Of a stretch of DNA of 20,193 nt, positions 18,543-20,193 are shown one piece after another. Below the pieces are notes generated by a model. It saw only the letters and a list, made by a program, of their open reading frames with translations, was not told the DNA's origin and searched no databases. This stretch comes from Azolla caroliniana (lineage: Eukaryota; Plantae; Polypodiophyta). A program made the position numbers and the translations under genes. The stretch lies in assembly GCA_043228905.1 (NCBI GenBank), contig JBHGNT010000576.1:1-20193 (forward strand). The letters are read 5' to 3'. Position 1 is the stretch's first letter; every line of letters begins with the position of its first letter.

Positions 18543-20193
18543 AGAAAGAAAGAAAGCAGAGACAAAACGACTTATACAACCAAACAACATATTACATCTT
18601 ACAATCTTTTCTCATCTCTGAGAACAAAAACCAAAATAATTAAAATTGAACATATGGTACTAAATAATCTACATATCTAAGAACTTGATTCTAAACTTAG
18701 ACCAAAACTTTTATCTTCAGAAAATCTCCGACTTGAGCCACTCCACGAAAGAGAGATTCCAAAGCAACAAAAGCACCTTCGGGATGGTGACAATTGGTCT
18801 TTACATGTTGCTGCTAAGTTGGCTGTAGTTCAGATGGTTGTGGCCTATATGCATAACACATTGCTATTGCCTGACTATTGTAGCCCCTTTTTGAGTGTCT
18901 TGGTCAAAAATCCACTTGCATAGTTCTTGATTGACTTGTACGATGTGACGGAGTGATGTGGCTAACGGAGGTCGTGATTGATCTCTGTTGCTGACCTGTT
19001 GTGATTGTATTGTTTTCCTTCAACAACTTTTTTCTATGTCTCTTGGATCAACCCCAAAATATCACTTGCTACGAAAATGGCCCACTAAAAGACACTTCTT
19101 ACACACATCGGAGGATGGATTCATCATCAGGCCACCTTATATAGACATACATCTATCCTATGCTCTGCGCAATGTGATATAGCAGCTGCGAACTTCATCA
19201 CATCAGGCACAGATTGAGGTAGGCAGATATACACAAATAACTCTAGAAGAAAGGATTTGCCAATTGTGTGTCATCAAGGAGTGGAATCCGAAGAACACTA
19301 TGTTTGTCACTATAGTGTCTTCTATGAAATCAGAGGGAGATACCATTGCCTCTTTAAACAAGGCTTTGGCCCGCTACACAAGGCAATGGAATATGAGGAC
19401 CAACAATGCCTAGGAGTTTTCATGCTAGAACTCAAGAAACATAGGGAAACGTTGTTGAAAGACAATAATACAGTCACACAAGCTCATCCACAAAGAACAA
19501 TCACATCTTTCTTTAGCCCCATCACTCCTACTAATGCTATACAAGTCAATCAAGGGATACACAAATGGGCTCCCAACCAGGACATAACAAAGGGGTTACA
19601 ATAGATCAGGCAATAGCAAGTTGTCGTGCATCTAGGCCCCGGCCCCATGAACGATGACCTCAGCACCCTTGTCATCGACAAATAAAGGCCATTATCCCAC
19701 CATCGCAGGTGCTTCCCTCACTTCGGAGATCTCTCCATTCTGGATCGACCTATGCTAGAGATCTTTCGAAGACAAAGTTACAATATATCTAACTTGAGAA
19801 TCTCAAATGTGCCAAAAACCAGATTACCTCGTCTCTTTTTATCTTATTTAGTTTTATATTTACTGAGTAATATGTATTTTATTTTGATTTGTTGTTCTCA
19901 AAGACGAGACAACACTTAAGATGTAATCTCTTGTTTGGTCTTATTGGTCATTTTGGCCTCTTAAAAATCATTAATATATCTTTCTTTCTTCTTTAAGCAG
20001 GGCCAAGCACCTTCGGCCATCTTTTTTCATGATCTTGCGTAGCAGGCCAAAGACTTGTTTGAGAAGGCAACAATATCTCCCTCTTATTTCATAAAAGACA
20101 CCAGAGTGTCAAACATAGTGTTCTTCTGCTTTCACCCCCCAAAGTAACAATTGGCTTATCCATTCTTCCAGAGGTTTGCGTCCATATCTGCAT
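18543..20193 (-). mobile_element. Old, diverged LINE of the same or a related family (18543-19044 plus 19995-20193), interrupted by a younger antisense copy. Continues off the right edge.
   Basis: Minus strand reads AEEHYV*HSGVFYEIRGRYCCLLKQVFGLLRKIM...RCLALL on the right, resumes with KRHRKKLLKENNTIT...QRSITT on the left, and ends in a TTTC tail at ~18543-18556. Confidence 0.8.
19045..19994 (+). mobile_element. 5'-truncated LINE: ORF2 C-terminus with zinc-knuckle remnant, 3' UTR and TTTC tail
   Basis: QLRTSSHQAQIEVGRYTQITLEERICQLC/(frameshift)HQGVESEEHYVCHYSVFYEIRGRYHCLFKQGFGPL is the CCHC-type C-terminal motif of non-LTR ORF2. Ends ATATATCTTTCTTTCTTCTTT. Confidence 0.9.

Noticed and set aside
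19257-19604. 115-aa ORF, the longest plus-strand ORF
   Set aside because: It is the frameshifted C-terminus of LINE ORF2, not a host gene.

Overview
AT-rich, intron-rich land-plant nuclear DNA. It is probably from a seed-free plant such as a fern, which I infer from the LINE family and gene content. Two spliced genes on the minus strand could be rebuilt exon by exon. (1) The 5' part of a NODULIN HOMEOBOX (NDX) gene: 8 exons, 7625->134, 327 codons, continuing off the left edge. (2) The 3' part of a TMC (transmembrane channel-like) family gene: 9 exons, 18117->13139, about 453 codons with no internal stops, 5' end off the right edge. TMC is the family of the animal hearing mechanotransduction channels. 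The TMC gene is the main surprise. It keeps the SWD loop, TM4-TM5, the TMC domain and the CGP motif. It also has neutral residues at several acidic pore positions, an extra six-cysteine loop, a GC-AG intron and a dead partial-exon duplication. The introns carry six fragments of one non-LTR retrotransposon family with a (TTTC)n tail, two of them nested inside older copies, plus a 284-bp hAT-type MITE. A decayed PPR E-motif fragment lies between the genes. All homology calls come from remembered family motifs, not database searches.
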